This document shows positions 13,101 to 25,706 of a stretch of 64,000 nt of DNA, one piece after another. Position numbers and translations under genes: made by a program. Source of the DNA: the human T2T-CHM13v2.0 reference genome, Homo sapiens; the NCBI RefSeq assembly GCF_009914755.1, contig NC_060928.1. The stretch is one strand, 5' to 3'. The notes below the pieces were generated by a model. The model worked only from the letters and a program-made list of their open reading frames with translations, did not search any database and was not told where the DNA came from. Within the stretch, counting starts at the first letter, position 1, and each line of letters begins with the position of its first letter.

Positions 13101-15422
13101 ACAATTCAGGCACTCTTATAGCTAACCTGTCTATAAATGTATAAATTCAATTTCACCAGAAAGCCTAGAATTTTGATCCCTATCTAGTTCAGTCTATATG
13201 ACTTGTCTCCTCTCAGGAAATTTTATCCATCTTTCCAAAGTCTGATTTGCTTCCCAGAACTAGTTCAATTAAATTCTTATTCTCAGTCACAAGTTAGTAG
13301 GCAATAAATTTGTAATATTTAAATATTACACTTATTAATTCTATTAAATTTATTTAACTTGAATTGTTGTTATTGATTTATTTGAAACTAAAAAGGTATT
13401 CATTTGATTTTACATAAATCCCTCTAGTCTTATTCAAATGAGAAAAAATAATTACAGGTGTTATCTTACTGAAGTTCACAGATCAATATAGGAAAGAGTT
13501 AAAAGTCTTTAACCCATTTTATTTAACTCCCAAACTCAGACTTTTAGACTCTTTCCCCTCTCTTAATCAATTTCCTCCTCCCCTTTACTCCTCCCTTTCT
13601 GGCCCTGGCAGAATATCTCCCACCCCACTAGGAGTCCTGTAAATATTTGTTGAATTGCTTATAACTTTTGTGGAAGTTGGTAGTTTTGCCGTGGAAATGC
13701 TGGGAGGCAGGGAAGGTTAATTGAACATAAGTCTCAAGGTGTCTGTGTTATTTCTCTCTTCAGTACTAGCTGGCAAAAGGCATTTTTCTTTTTTTCCCAA
13801 TGCCTCTTACAACCAGCCACAGGGGGCCTTGCAAAGCTTAGGGCAAAGTCAAATAACACAGTCAACCCATTGTAGGGAGGCTCTGCTATGTGCTTGGAAG
13901 GAGATCACAAAGTTGGAAGAAAGAAGAAAGCTCACTTCAAACAAAGCGATATAATTGTAGTACTTGATAGTAAGAACACACATCTGTTACTTTACAGGAT
14001 CAGATTATTTACAGCATGTGTAAAATATATAGGTTTTCTAACAGATTTACTGAAATTTGACAATACTGAAAACAAAATAAGACAAAAACATGGTAGTGGG
14101 AAGGGGTCTTTACATTTTTCTCTGTATAGAACATTTTAAAAATATAACCAATAGCTGATATTAATGATCCAATTAAGAAAATGGTTCAGAGTAAAAAACT
14201 AGAAACTCTGCTGCCTAGCCAGATAAAATGATGTTACAAAATAGTGCCTTACCTTTCTAGTCAGACGTAATATTCATGGCTGGTGATTCTGTTATGTTAA
14301 TTCAAAAATAATTTTTATATTTAAAAAGTTCTGTCAGGTTTATATTTTTAAAAGATGAATAATCACTTCCATTTTACAAAAAATATTATGCTCCATAATT
14401 GTTCACATGTTCAGTTTCTCTGTGGTTACACTGACTATATGGTAGGAGCAGAGAAAAAATCGTTGAAAGACTTCTTATATCTAGATCATGAAGTGGAAGA
14501 AAGCTTCTGGTTATAGTCATATTTAGAGTTAATGCAATGCTTTAGGATTAGGTAAACTTTAAATTCTAAATGTTCACATCACTGACACTATGCCTGATCA
14601 TCTCTGATTTACCCAATCCAAATTCCTAGAAAGAGTTGGGTTGTTTTTTTTTTTTCATTCTACTTACGCAGGAAAACATTAACTCACCAAAACATGTATT
14701 CTGTTCTCGCACTCAATCACAGAGATCCTGATCAAGAGATCCTTAGATTTATATAACTAAGGCCACTTAGTCTAAGAAGCCCTTTTCAAAAACTCTATGG
14801 TAAAATATTACCAATAAGTAAAAAAGTTAATACTTTAACTTGCATTCCTCCAGCTAATAAAGCTTCTACATGTTTAAGAAATTTTACAGTTATTTTTGTG
14901 AAATATCACTTTGTTGGACTTTGTCTAATACTTTCTTCATAATTAAATTCATAGTAGATATTTTTGTCAAAATCACAGCATAAATGATGTTGTATCCTTC
15001 TCTGTATAGCACATCAAATAGCATATGGCATGTAATTTTTCAATATCTGGCAATGAAAAAATTCATCACTTGCTTAAGTTGGCACGTTCTAGATTTCTCC
15101 ATCAAAAAGATACCTTTACTTCTTTGTAATGAAAAACAATTAGTGGGGCAGTCCTTTGAACTACATGAACATACTTTTTCCTCCTAAAGTTTACCCCATG
15201 TTTTCTTTTCTAAAAAAAAATTGTAGAATAGTTCTATATTTACAGGAAACCTTCCAAGATAGTACAGAGTTCTTTCACTTATCACAATCAGTTTGCTTTG
15301 ATATTAATATCTTGCATTAGAAGATACATTTTTGATCATTAATAATTGACTATTGACACAAAATACAGTCCATTCATTAGCTGGTTTATTTAGTTTTTAT
15401 GTAATGTTGTTTTTCTGGGTTC

Positions 15423-15724
15423 TTTTTTTTTTTTTTTTTTTTGAGACAGAGTTCTGCTCTGTTGCCCAGCCTGGAGTGCAGTGGCATGACCCCAGCTCAC
15501 CGCAATCTCCGTCTCTCAGGTTCAAGCAATTCTCTTGCCTCAGTCGCTCGAGCAGCTGGGATTACAAGCATGCACCACCACACCCGGCTAATTTTTGTAT
15601 TTTTAGTAGAGATGGGGTTTCACCATGTCGGCCAGGCTGGTCTCAAACTCCTGACCTCAGGTGATCTGCCTGCCTTGGCCTCCCAAAGTGCTCGGATTAC
15701 AGGCATGAGCAACCACGCCCAGCC
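15423..15724 (-). mobile_element. AluSx/Sz-like SINE
   Basis: T20 tail, complete dimer, ctcctgacctcaggtgatctgcctgccttggcctcccaaagtgc. Confidence 0.96.
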
Positions 15725-16395
15725 CCTAACATTCTTTTTCCGATGCAGGATCTCATCCAGTATACCATGTTATATTTACTCATCATGTCTCCTTAGACGT
15801 CCCTATATGGTGGCAGTTTCTCAGATTGTCCTTGTGTTTAACTACCTTGATAGTTTTAAGGGGTACTAATCAGGTATTTTGTAGAATGTTCAATTTTCTT
15901 TTGGCTGATGTTTTGTCATGACTAGACCTGGTTTTAGCTTTTGGGAAAGTAGACCACACAGATAAAGTACCACTTACATTTTATTATGCCAGGAATCAAT
16001 GTTATTAACATGACTTTTCACCATGGATGTTAACCTTGATCACATGGCTAGGACAGGGTTTGTCAGGTTTCTCAACTGCAAAATTACTCCTTTCCCCTCT
16101 TTCTATATGCTAGTCTTTGGAAGAAAGTCACTACACAAAACCCACTTCCTGAAGGAAGGTGTATCTATATAAATTATCTTTATTTCTTCTAGACAGAGAT
16201 TTGTCTATCCTTCCCTTTACATGTATTTATTCTGTCATTTATTTATTATCAGTATGAACTCATAGATACTTATTTTTACTTTAGGTAAGAGCCCAGTTCT
16301 ATGTTATTTATTTTTTCACTCAATTTGTTCCAGCTTTGTCGTTAAGAGCTATTTCAGTTGGCTCCTGTACTTCTTTGACATATTTCATTCTTTTC

Positions 16396-17490
16396 TATAA
16401 TTTCAACTTTTATTTTAGATTCTGGGAGAACTGTGAATGTTTATTACATAGGCATATTGAATGGTGCTGAGTTTGGGTTATGATTGATCCTATCACGCAG
16501 GTAGTGAGCATAGTACCTGATAGGTAGTTTTTCAACCCTTGCCCTCCTCTCTCCCTCCCTCTTCTAGTAGTCCTTAGTGTCAATTGTTGCCATCTTTATA
16601 GACATGAGTACCCAATATTTAGATCCCACATATAAGTGAGAACATGAGGCATTTGATTTCCATTCTTGTGTTAATTTGCTTAGGACAATAGCCTCTAGCT
16701 GCATCCATGTTGCTGCAAAGGTCATGTTTTTATTCTTTTTTATGGCTGCATAGTATTCCATAATGTATATGTACCACATTTTCTTTATACAATCCAACAT
16801 TGATAGGTACCTAGATTGATTCCATGTCTTTGCTATTGTGAATAGTACTGCAATGAATATACTAGGGCATGTGTCTTTTTGGTGGAGTAATTTATTTTAT
16901 TTTTTATTATATACCTAGTAGTGAGATTGCTGAGTCAAATGGTAGTACTGTCTTAAGTTATCTGAGAAATTGCCAAACTGCTTTCCATAGTGGCTGAACT
17001 AATTTACATTCCCACTAACAGCATATAAGCATTCCTTTTTTTCCACAGCCTCTCCAGCATCTGTTTTTTTTTTTTTGACTTTTTAATAATAGCCATTCTG
17101 TCAAGGAGATGGTATCTCCTTGCTGTTTTTATTTGCATCCCTCTGATGATGAGTGATGTTGAACATTTTGTCACATGTTTATTGACCACTTGTTTGTCTT
17201 ATTTTGAGAAGTGTCTGTTCATGTCTTTTGCCCACTTTTTAATGAGGTTATTTGATATTTGTTTGTTTAATTATTTAGATTCCTTGTAGTTTCTGGATAT
17301 TAGACCTTTGTCAGAGGTATAGTTTGAGAATATTTTCTCCCATTCTGTAGGTTTTCTGTTTACTCCCATGATAGTCTCTTTTGATGTGCTGAAGCTTTTT
17401 AATTTAATTAGGTCCCACTTGTCAATTTTTGTTTTTGTTGCAATTGCTTTGGAGAACTTTGTCATAAATTCTTTCCTAAGGCTGACGTCA
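16396..17490 (-). mobile_element. 5'-truncated L1PA (L1PA15/16-like), ORF2 C-terminus and 3' UTR
   Basis: tttcaacttttattttagatt 3' end; ORF pieces translate to L1 ORF2 C-terminus ([36 protein letters not shown]). Confidence 0.92.
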
Positions 17491-19391
17491 TTGGTTTGTT
17501 TTTAAGCACTTCCTTACAATCTGGTATTACTAGATGCTTTAGGCTCATCTTACATATTTACTACCCTAGACTTTTTCCAAGGAGCTCTATTGTTTTCCGT
17601 TAGAAACTAAGATCATACTAGGTTCTCAGTATGCTCATTGCTACTGGGGTATTATTACTTCTAAGCTTTTTTAGAGGACACAACTTGGAAATTTGTTTCT
17701 ATTATACCCTGTGTATACATACATATTTATAAGTATTTCTATATCTATCAGTTTTTAATCATTATTAAATTAAACATGAGTTTATACTGATGTCTCCAAC
17801 TTAATTTGGGATTAAAAGGTTCATTCTACTCCTGCTCCTTCGATTGTAAGGGAAAAAAAAGACTTCCAGTATCTACAATTTGTTAATGCGTTTGTTCAGT
17901 CCAAGTATGTATACATAGTGGTTTCAGAATTACTAACTCATAGACATATGAGAAACAACTTCACCAACTAGAGTACAGTACTTATGCACCATTCATATTT
18001 TCTTCAGTCTTACTGTCTCCACTTTCTCCAAAGTCACTTGGGTGAGCAATTTTTCACCGTAATTCCTTCAGTGATGTCACACATTTGTAATACAATTAAA
18101 TTATTTTACCACAATTTGCATTCCATCCTGGGATCCCTTGACCTCCCAAGTTACATTTGCATATATTAAATGTTACTTTTTGGATTTAAAGTTCTACATG
18201 TTTGACAAATTCAGCATCACACAACAGTTTTACACTCCTAAAATACAATCTCCTGTGCTTCACTTACACAATGCTCCCTAAAATCCTGGAAACCACTGAT
18301 AGGTGTTTTGCCTCTTCCAAAATGTGACATAATGGAATAATATGATATGTAACCTTTTCACACAAGCTTCTTTCACTTAGCAATATAAATGAAAAATTTA
18401 TTAATGTCATTGTGTTCATTTCTTTTTATTACTGAATTTAATTCCATTGTATTGATGTATAACGGGGCGTTTTATCCATTCATCTTCTGAAACACATCTT
18501 AGCCACTTTCATGTTTTGGAGATAACTGCTGTAAATATTCAAAGGCAAAATTTTGGTTGACATAAGTTTTCAAACCAGATAGATAAATACCTAAAGGTGC
18601 CCTTGCTAGGTTCTATCAGTCGTCTATGTTTAATTGTATATGAAACTGCCAAATTGTCTCCCAAAGTGACTATACCAGTTTGCATTCCCACCAGCAAAAG
18701 ACAAAATTTCTTGTTGCTCCACATCCTTCTCAGATATCAGGACTTTCTTAAGAACTCTTCCGTCTTTTTCCATGAACATATCAATTTTAATGTATTATGA
18801 TATTGCCATTACATCATTAATTTTGATGCTCACATTTCTCAGATTTGTCTAGTCAGAGCCCATTTAAGTTCATCCTCTTGCTTTTGACACATATTTAGTA
18901 TTGACAAGTTTCTAAACAGACAACCAAATGAACTAAACAGCAGCAATAAAAACACAGAGGAAGAAGGTCAGAATCCAGAGTTGCTATGTTGTCTAAAATG
19001 TCTAGTTTTCAACAAAAATTCTTAAGACATGAAAAGAAGCCTAAAAGTGTGACTAGTACACAGGATTAAAAAAAGACACTATCTATAAGGAAACCTAGAT
19101 ATTGGATTTAAGGAAAAAGACCTCAAAGTAGCTGTTATAACTATATTCAAAGAAGTAAAGAAAACAATGCTTAAATAATTTAATTGTGATGACAATAACT
19201 CAGAAAATAGAAAATCTCAGTAAATATATAGGAATGTTTGAATAAAGAACCAAATAGAAATTTTGGAGTTGAGAAGTACAATAAATGAAAAGAAAATTTA
19301 CCAGACAGGCTTGAGCCTGACAGAAAAAAAAAATGAATCAATAAGCTTGAAATTGCTCAATTAAAATTATTCAATCTTAAAACTAGGGAGA

Positions 19392-19500
19392 GGCCAGGCA
19401 TGGTGGCTCATGCTTGTAATCACAGCAGTAAGGGAGGCCAAGGTGCGTGAATCGCTTGAACCCAGGAGTTCAAGAGCAGCCTGGGCACCATAGCGAGACT
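19392..19500 (+). mobile_element. FLAM_C-like Alu monomer
   Basis: ggccaggcatggtggctcatgcttgtaatc...ggagttcaagagcagcctgggcaccatagcgagac with no right arm. Confidence 0.85.
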
Positions 19501-19503
19501 GAT

Positions 19504-19547
19504 AAGAAAGAAAAGAAAAGAAAAGAAAGAAAGAAAGAAGGAAGGAA

Positions 19548-19605
<58 letters not shown>

Positions 19606-19668
19606 AGGGAAGAAAGGAAGGAAGGAAGGAAGGAAGGAAGGAAGGAAGGAAAGAAAGAAAGAAAAGAA
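19504..19668 (+). repeat. 165-bp pure-purine compound microsatellite: (GAAAA)n, (GAAA)13, (GGAA)9
   Basis: Read directly; occupies the tail position of the FLAM. Confidence 0.97.
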
Positions 19669-22520
19669 TTAGGAGAAAAAATTATGAAAAATAAAAATTC
19701 AGAGATTTGTGAGAAAATATCAAGGATATCAACATGGATGTAATGTGATTGCCAGATAGAAAAAAGGAAGGGCAGAAAAATATTGGAAGAAATGAGGCTT
19801 AAAAATGTCCCACATTTGATGTAAATATTAATTTACAGATCCAAGAAGCTCAACAATTCCTACATAGGATAAACACAAAGATATCTAAACCTAGATATAC
19901 CAAAGTCAAATTGCTGAAAAACAAAGAGAAATTCTTCAATACAGTAGGAGAGAAACAACTCAACATGCTAAGTAATAGCCATGCAATTGATAAATTACTT
20001 ATAGTTTGAAATAATGAAGGCCGGAAGGCAGTGGGATTTACACATTTCCTGCAGTCTATTTTATAGATTCCTAAGCCAGAAGTTTCATTGCTTCTACAAA
20101 AGTATGTTACACTTCCTAATGCCTTTCCTTATATCTTTGGTAATCAGTTAAGGATCTCTTTTTCTCTCTTTCTTTCTACCTATCTCTCTGTATCAGAAAA
20201 AAATACATTATTCAACATGCTGATATACTTTTTATCTTCAAGTGTTTAACTTTGTGTTTCAATAATTTGTATTCACTTCAATCAATTATAGTATTTTTTA
20301 TTGTTAGAGGAGACCTGGATATAGTTAAATATTAGTGTACTCTCTTGAGACCAAATAATGATTGTTGCGTTTGCCAATAAATTCAGAGGGAAAGTGCATT
20401 TTTAAAAAAATGTTGAGTTCTAAAGCATAGAGCACATATAAATTGATTTTGGGTGACCAATATGTGAAGTTTTGTGATTTTGAGGTTATCTTGTTCTATG
20501 TGGAAGAAATTTTATGAGACAGAGTCCATCCTACCAAAACAGCACAGCAAAAAAATCCTTCACACTGTCTCAAATACCAAAGTATCCCTTTGAGCTATTT
20601 TACCTCTTGAACACTAGCCTTAATATTATTTTTAGTCTAATTAACATATAAACAATATTTGGGGCTGCAATTTTTTTGTAATTAAATGTAATTTTTGGCA
20701 ACTCAATCCTTTGAGAAGGCCTGGAAAAATGTTAACTTGTGTAACTAATGTAAAACTAGGGACTAATTTTCCTATTAGTCCCTAGTTTTTAGTGACTGGG
20801 TGTCATGAGTCAAGGTTTCAGCATTCAGCAGGACTACTAGCTGGCTGCTATTTCTATGATCCTCTGATACCCTTTGACCCATCCCAGCCTACAGCTTTCA
20901 GGCACTTCCTCTTGTACGCTTCTACCCACATCTCAAACCACAAAACTACTGTTTAAGGCAGACTAAGGTATGAATCAGAGCACTGAGTAGAGTCAATACA
21001 CCTCTATTTTATTTGGTACCCATAACTCACCTCTGCTCTCTCAAAGCAATAAGAAAATCTTTTCAGGCTACCATGACTTCCCAAGTAGAAGCTAGAGATG
21101 AAGAAGCCTGGATTTAGTTTTGTGATTTTTATCTTTTAATAACAGTACATTTGAACAATAAGTACATTTTGAAAGCCTAGGAATCAAACAAGCTAACATT
21201 ATGGTGATGACTTTTGAAATATGGATTTTAGCCTACATGGCAATTTAATTGCTAGTTAGAAGCAAATCCTGTCCTGTAGCAATAGGGTTAGTCAGTATTT
21301 CTCAAAATTCAATACTGAGCTATTGATTCATGGCTGCTATGATATGAAGGCTTGCTGAAATAGCAAGGGTTTCCAGTTAAGGTAATTCTGAGCAATAAAA
21401 TTGTTTAAAGGAAAAAGCTGTTAAGATAACAAATACATTCAAGTCAAACCAAACCAGACTATTAGGAACTTGAAAATCTGTAAACTTGATTAATAGTGGC
21501 TGTGTTGTTTAGATTTGAAAAGTAGGAAAGCCATGCTTTTAAAATGATTTCTTTACTACTGTTTCCAAAAGCAGTTCAGCTACTTGTTGCAATAAATCTT
21601 CTGGAAATATTTTTCTGAACAAGAAAATATAATCTCACACATAATAAGACCTAGAGTCTTGACAATAATAAAGGATATATGAAATTAGTATGGACTACAT
21701 TTATTCAGGCCCAAAATCTTTTGTGTGCCTTTTCCTCTCCCTATGGCTTTGTGAACACGTCTGTCCAACACTGATATTTCTTACAAGTGTAAGGAAGAGA
21801 GTAAGTTATTAAATAGGTAAAAATCGCCCTAAATGCCTCAAATTCCTTAAATATATGCCAGTTTTCCTCCATACCTCATACCTACTCAGTATTTATTGCT
21901 TTCTTTTCTTATGTTCAAAATCTTTCAAATCTTTATTTTCCTAATTTTTTTGTATCAAGTTAATAAAGAAGATATACTACAGTGTTTTCCTTCCTCATAG
22001 TACTTGCATTTTCACCATTAAATACATTTTAAGTGATAAGTGTGATGCTCACCAGAGGTCCTGAATTTGAAAGAAATTTTCCACGTTAATGTTTTTCAAT
22101 TCAGTGATGTGAGAAAAACAAAATTTCTAGGACACTTGCATGAAAATGTATGTGGGTGAGGAGGAGAAGGGATTGTCCGGATGTAAATATGACTCCTTGG
22201 ACAATTATGACACATTTGTTCCACTCCCCACTTTATGACTGAAAAACAGTCACCTGTCTATCAAGTCAACTTAAATCAGTACCATCACCCTTCATTCTGT
22301 TGCCAGCCACTTCTACTTTCACCTACTTTCAGATTCTGTCCCATATCATGAGGAACCTTTGTCAGATAAAGCCCAATAACTAGCATAGGATATGAAGTTG
22401 TGTCAAATAACAGGTATTAGAAAATAAGGAACATGCTTCCTTATCTGATAAAATTTATTCCTTTAGGACAATTCTGGTTGGTCTGAGAGTTGATTTCTTC
22501 CCTTAGACAGATAGTCTATA

Positions 22521-22695
22521 GCAGTGCTTCTCAACCTTCAGTGTACATTAGGATCATCTTGAGAGCTTTTAAAAACATCAATGTCTGGCCTCAACCCAAG
22601 GATCTTCATTTAATTGATTTAGGAAGAAGCCTGGACATTGATTGTTTTTAAAGTTTCCAGAGTTATTCTAATATGCAGCTGAAGTCTCGAATGTT
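22521..22695. mobile_element. MER5A-like hAT-Charlie MITE
   Basis: cagtgcttctcaaccttcagtgtacattaggatcatctt...ttattctaatatgcagc. Confidence 0.72.
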
Positions 22696-23107
22696 GAGGC
22701 CCCCTCAAAAGCCATAGTGCAAACAATATGTTATTTTATTATAGTTTAAAAAGTAATGTATATTTATTTTGGTGTATTCTTAGGGTTTATTCACATTTAA
22801 TCTTCTTTCATTTTCAAAATGTGATATATGAAGGTAGTCTGACATATTACAAAAGTGTAAAGGGTTAATTGACTAAATAAGGTCCTCCTATAGGTAGTTC
22901 ATGCCAGATAGTGAAATCCAACTATGCTATACTATGCTGTGCTATAAATGGCTAGCCGAGGATTCTTTCTAAAAGAATGTATTTTCCTAAAGAGACTTCT
23001 CTTGAATTCTGATCCTATAAGAAGTCATCTGAAAGGGTATATTGATCAAATAAGCTGGGAAAATTCTTTAGAACATATGTTAGTTTTGAATATTTTTAAT
23101 AAGGTTG

Positions 23108-23262
23108 ATTTTTTTTAAAGACAGGGTTCTGCTTTGTCACCCAGGCTGGAATGCAGTGGTGGAATCATAGCTCACTATAACCTCAAACTCTTGCCCTTAA
23201 GCAATCCTCCACCTCAGCCTTCCAAAGTATTGAATTATAGGTGCGAGTCACTGCACCAGGTC
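23108..23262 (-). mobile_element. Alu monomer (FRAM-like or left/right-arm hybrid)
   Basis: agacagggttctgctttgtcacccaggctggaatgcagtgg...ctcagccttccaaagt...cactgcaccagg; about 155 bp. Confidence 0.85.
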
Positions 23263-23745
23263 TGAATTGATTATTTAAAACTGCTCTTTGAAGTCCTCTA
23301 GTGAAATAAATCATTTGGGGTAATTCAGCCTGCATTTTCCTAACTCATTTGACTATAAAATATGTTTTGTAATAACACATAGTAATATTTAGCAAATCTT
23401 AATCTAAACACATGTTGAAAATCACTGTCCTATATCACACTGTTCTACTTCACATATACAATAAACTGCATTAAAGAATCTTTATAAAATGTTATGAATT
23501 AATGATATTTCCTAAAATTCAGAATGCTAGAGAGTGTCTTACTCTCCTACCATCTATAATAAGATAGTGTAAGTTCCAAAAAAATACTCTAATAGTGTTT
23601 TTTAACTTATGGAAATGGCTGCAAATCTATTGAATATTTTGTGTTTAAAAATTCACTTAAAGTGTGATCATAATAGAAAAAATACAAATTGGACTTTTTA
23701 TATTAGATGAGATCACAAACATTTATGTTTCCATCTATATATTAC

Positions 23746-25347
23746 TGATGGCAGTGGCGGCCTATCAGGAGCGGCCGCTGTGTAGTCACCAGCTGCTACA
23801 GGTGAGGCACCTCCAGGGCTGTGAGCTCCATGTGCGCTCCACTGAGTCTGCAGGAGCTGGGAACAGATAGGAGACCCGCTTTCTTCTGAGTTGGCGGAGA
23901 GGGAGCCCTGCCTCCTGGGAGCAGCTGCAGCTGCCCAACCATACATTGCTGCATTCCCACAGGGTCTCGGAATCCCTCCCTACCCCAAGGGGCTAGGAAG
24001 TGCTGCTCTGGCTACCTGGCCTCTTCCTGCTCCCTGTGCCTGCTTTGATTTTGCAAAGTTGAGGCTGAGCCTGGGCACTGTCATGATCTGGCTGGATGTG
24101 TACTCACTCAGGGCGGCACTGACATGCCAGCCCCCTGCTGCTTAGGCCCCCTCCAGGCTTTGGGTGCTGACGAGCACAGGAGGGAGGTAAAGAGGGTGTT
24201 GAGGGCATCTTGGCAGGGACCTAAAGGCACTACTCTCCATGAACAACATGACTGATGGCAGCAGGAGGCAGACAGGCTCCTGGATGGAAAGTGGTAGGTC
24301 CCCGGTGAAGCCCCACCTTCAAGCCAGGGACAGCCGGAGGCATGGGAGCTTGGCTGTCAGTTCTGGGTGGAGTCCACAGCCTAAAGTGAGAACTTAAGGA
24401 GATTTTTACAGGCCCACCCGTGGCCACCAATGGACCAATCAGGACTCACTTCCTCTCTTCTGAAGCACATAAAACCCCCTGGAATCAGCCATACTCACAG
24501 AAACATCAGGACTACCAGTTATGGGAAGGAGCTAACCAGTTTGGATCTCTTCCACTCATAGTGATGACCTGCCTGCAGAAAAGACCTCCCCACTCTGGAT
24601 CTCCTCTCCACCGAGACCTGGACATTCATTGGGATGACCTGCCTGTGGAAAGGAGCTACCCACCCTGGGTCTCCTGAGAGCTGGTCTGTCACTCAGTGAA
24701 GCTCCTTTCTGTCTTGCTCACCTTCCAGGTGTCTGTGTACTTCATTCTTCCTGGATGTGGGACAAGAATTTGGGACCTGCCGAATGGTGAGACTGAAAGA
24801 GCTATAACACACACACGGCTGAAATGCCCCCACTCACCCCATGTATCGTGATATGGGTGGCATGAAGGAGAGAACAGGTGCAGCCCTTTGGGGAACCCAG
24901 ATCTGGGGGAACCCTGCCTGTGACAACCTCTTTGGGGCTCTGCCATTCCTGGTGTCTCTAAGCTTCCAGGCTCCACCGCGTTCCCCTCGTTCAGACACAG
25001 GTGCCCACAGTGGAAGCCATGTGCAGTACATATGGTTCAGCACAGCCTCACACAGAGCTGGAACCTGTGTGAGCACCTGGAGCTGCCCTCCCTGCCACAG
25101 CAGCCAGCATGCCTGACTGTGCGCAGTAGCCAGACCCTGTGGTTGCTCACCCACACATCCCTCATTGCTTTGCACTTGGCTTGCCCTTGGCAGGTGCGGG
25201 ATCTGGGCTGGTAGTGCAAGCCAAGTGCAGCCTGCCAGGCTGAGTGGGTTGAATGAGCCCAGTGGGCACGAGAAATATTCAGGCAGAAGGTGCCACAGCC
25301 ACAGAGGTTTCTGGATGGTGAAGTAATACCCCAAGGGTCCAGTGACA
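23746..25347 (+). mobile_element. MER52A-like ERV1 solo LTR (~1.6 kb, GC-rich)
   Basis: Starts tgatggcagtggcggcc...gagcggccgctg, ends gggtccagtgaca (TG...CA); near-matching 4-bp TSD ttac/ttgc. Confidence 0.88.
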
Positions 25348-25682
25348 TTGCTATGTAAACGCTAATTTATTTTACCAATTTCTGTTAAGTACTGTTAAAG
25401 TTTAAGTACATTTTTGGCATTTCGGTGTTTTCTGCTACACTCAACTTTAAAATATTTCTATGTAGCTTCAGTTGAGCATTCAGTTCAAAAGAATCATACA
25501 ACTAGAAAGATAGATATAGTGCCTTTTCTTTTTGTAATGAAAGCATGCTGAATAGTGATGCCCATGTTGCCCTTTGCCTAATAGAAGACCCTATTGATTC
25601 ATATTTGCTCAATTATACATTTACGTGGAGACTGTTATCATAGTGTGTGTTCTACAGATGGTAACTTAAAAGCGCACACATG

Positions 25683-25706
25683 CACACACACACACACACA
25701 CACACA
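25683..25706. repeat. (CA)12 microsatellite
   Basis: Read directly. Confidence 0.92.

Larger units (their letters stand above)
14800..18900 (-). mobile_element. Composite of old L1M (L1MC/MD-like) 3' regions, interrupted by an AluS and an L1PA
   Basis: gtttctcagattgtccttgt...tactaatcaggtattttgtagaatg, ttaaccttgatcacatggcta, ggctcatcttacatatt; ORF2-type 3' segment at 18300-18730. Confidence 0.7.
18910..20040 (+). mobile_element. Old L1M 5'/ORF1 region fragment
   Basis: tcagaatccagagttgcta...aaaatgtctagttttcaacaaaaatt; acagatccaagaagctcaacaa...aggataaacacaaag. Confidence 0.7.

Noticed and set aside
15353-15869. ORFs of 103 and 142 aa (similar ones at 543, 6928, 49021, 55335 and 56787)
   Set aside because: Antisense Alu translations with typical Alu-derived peptides ([14 protein letters not shown]).
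19447-19743. 98-aa K/E/R-rich ORF
   Set aside because: It is the translation of a FLAM plus the purine microsatellite.
24689-25348. Cluster of overlapping ORFs (up to 166 aa)
   Set aside because: All lie in the GC-rich MER52A-like LTR, where stop codons are scarce; no retroviral protein motifs.
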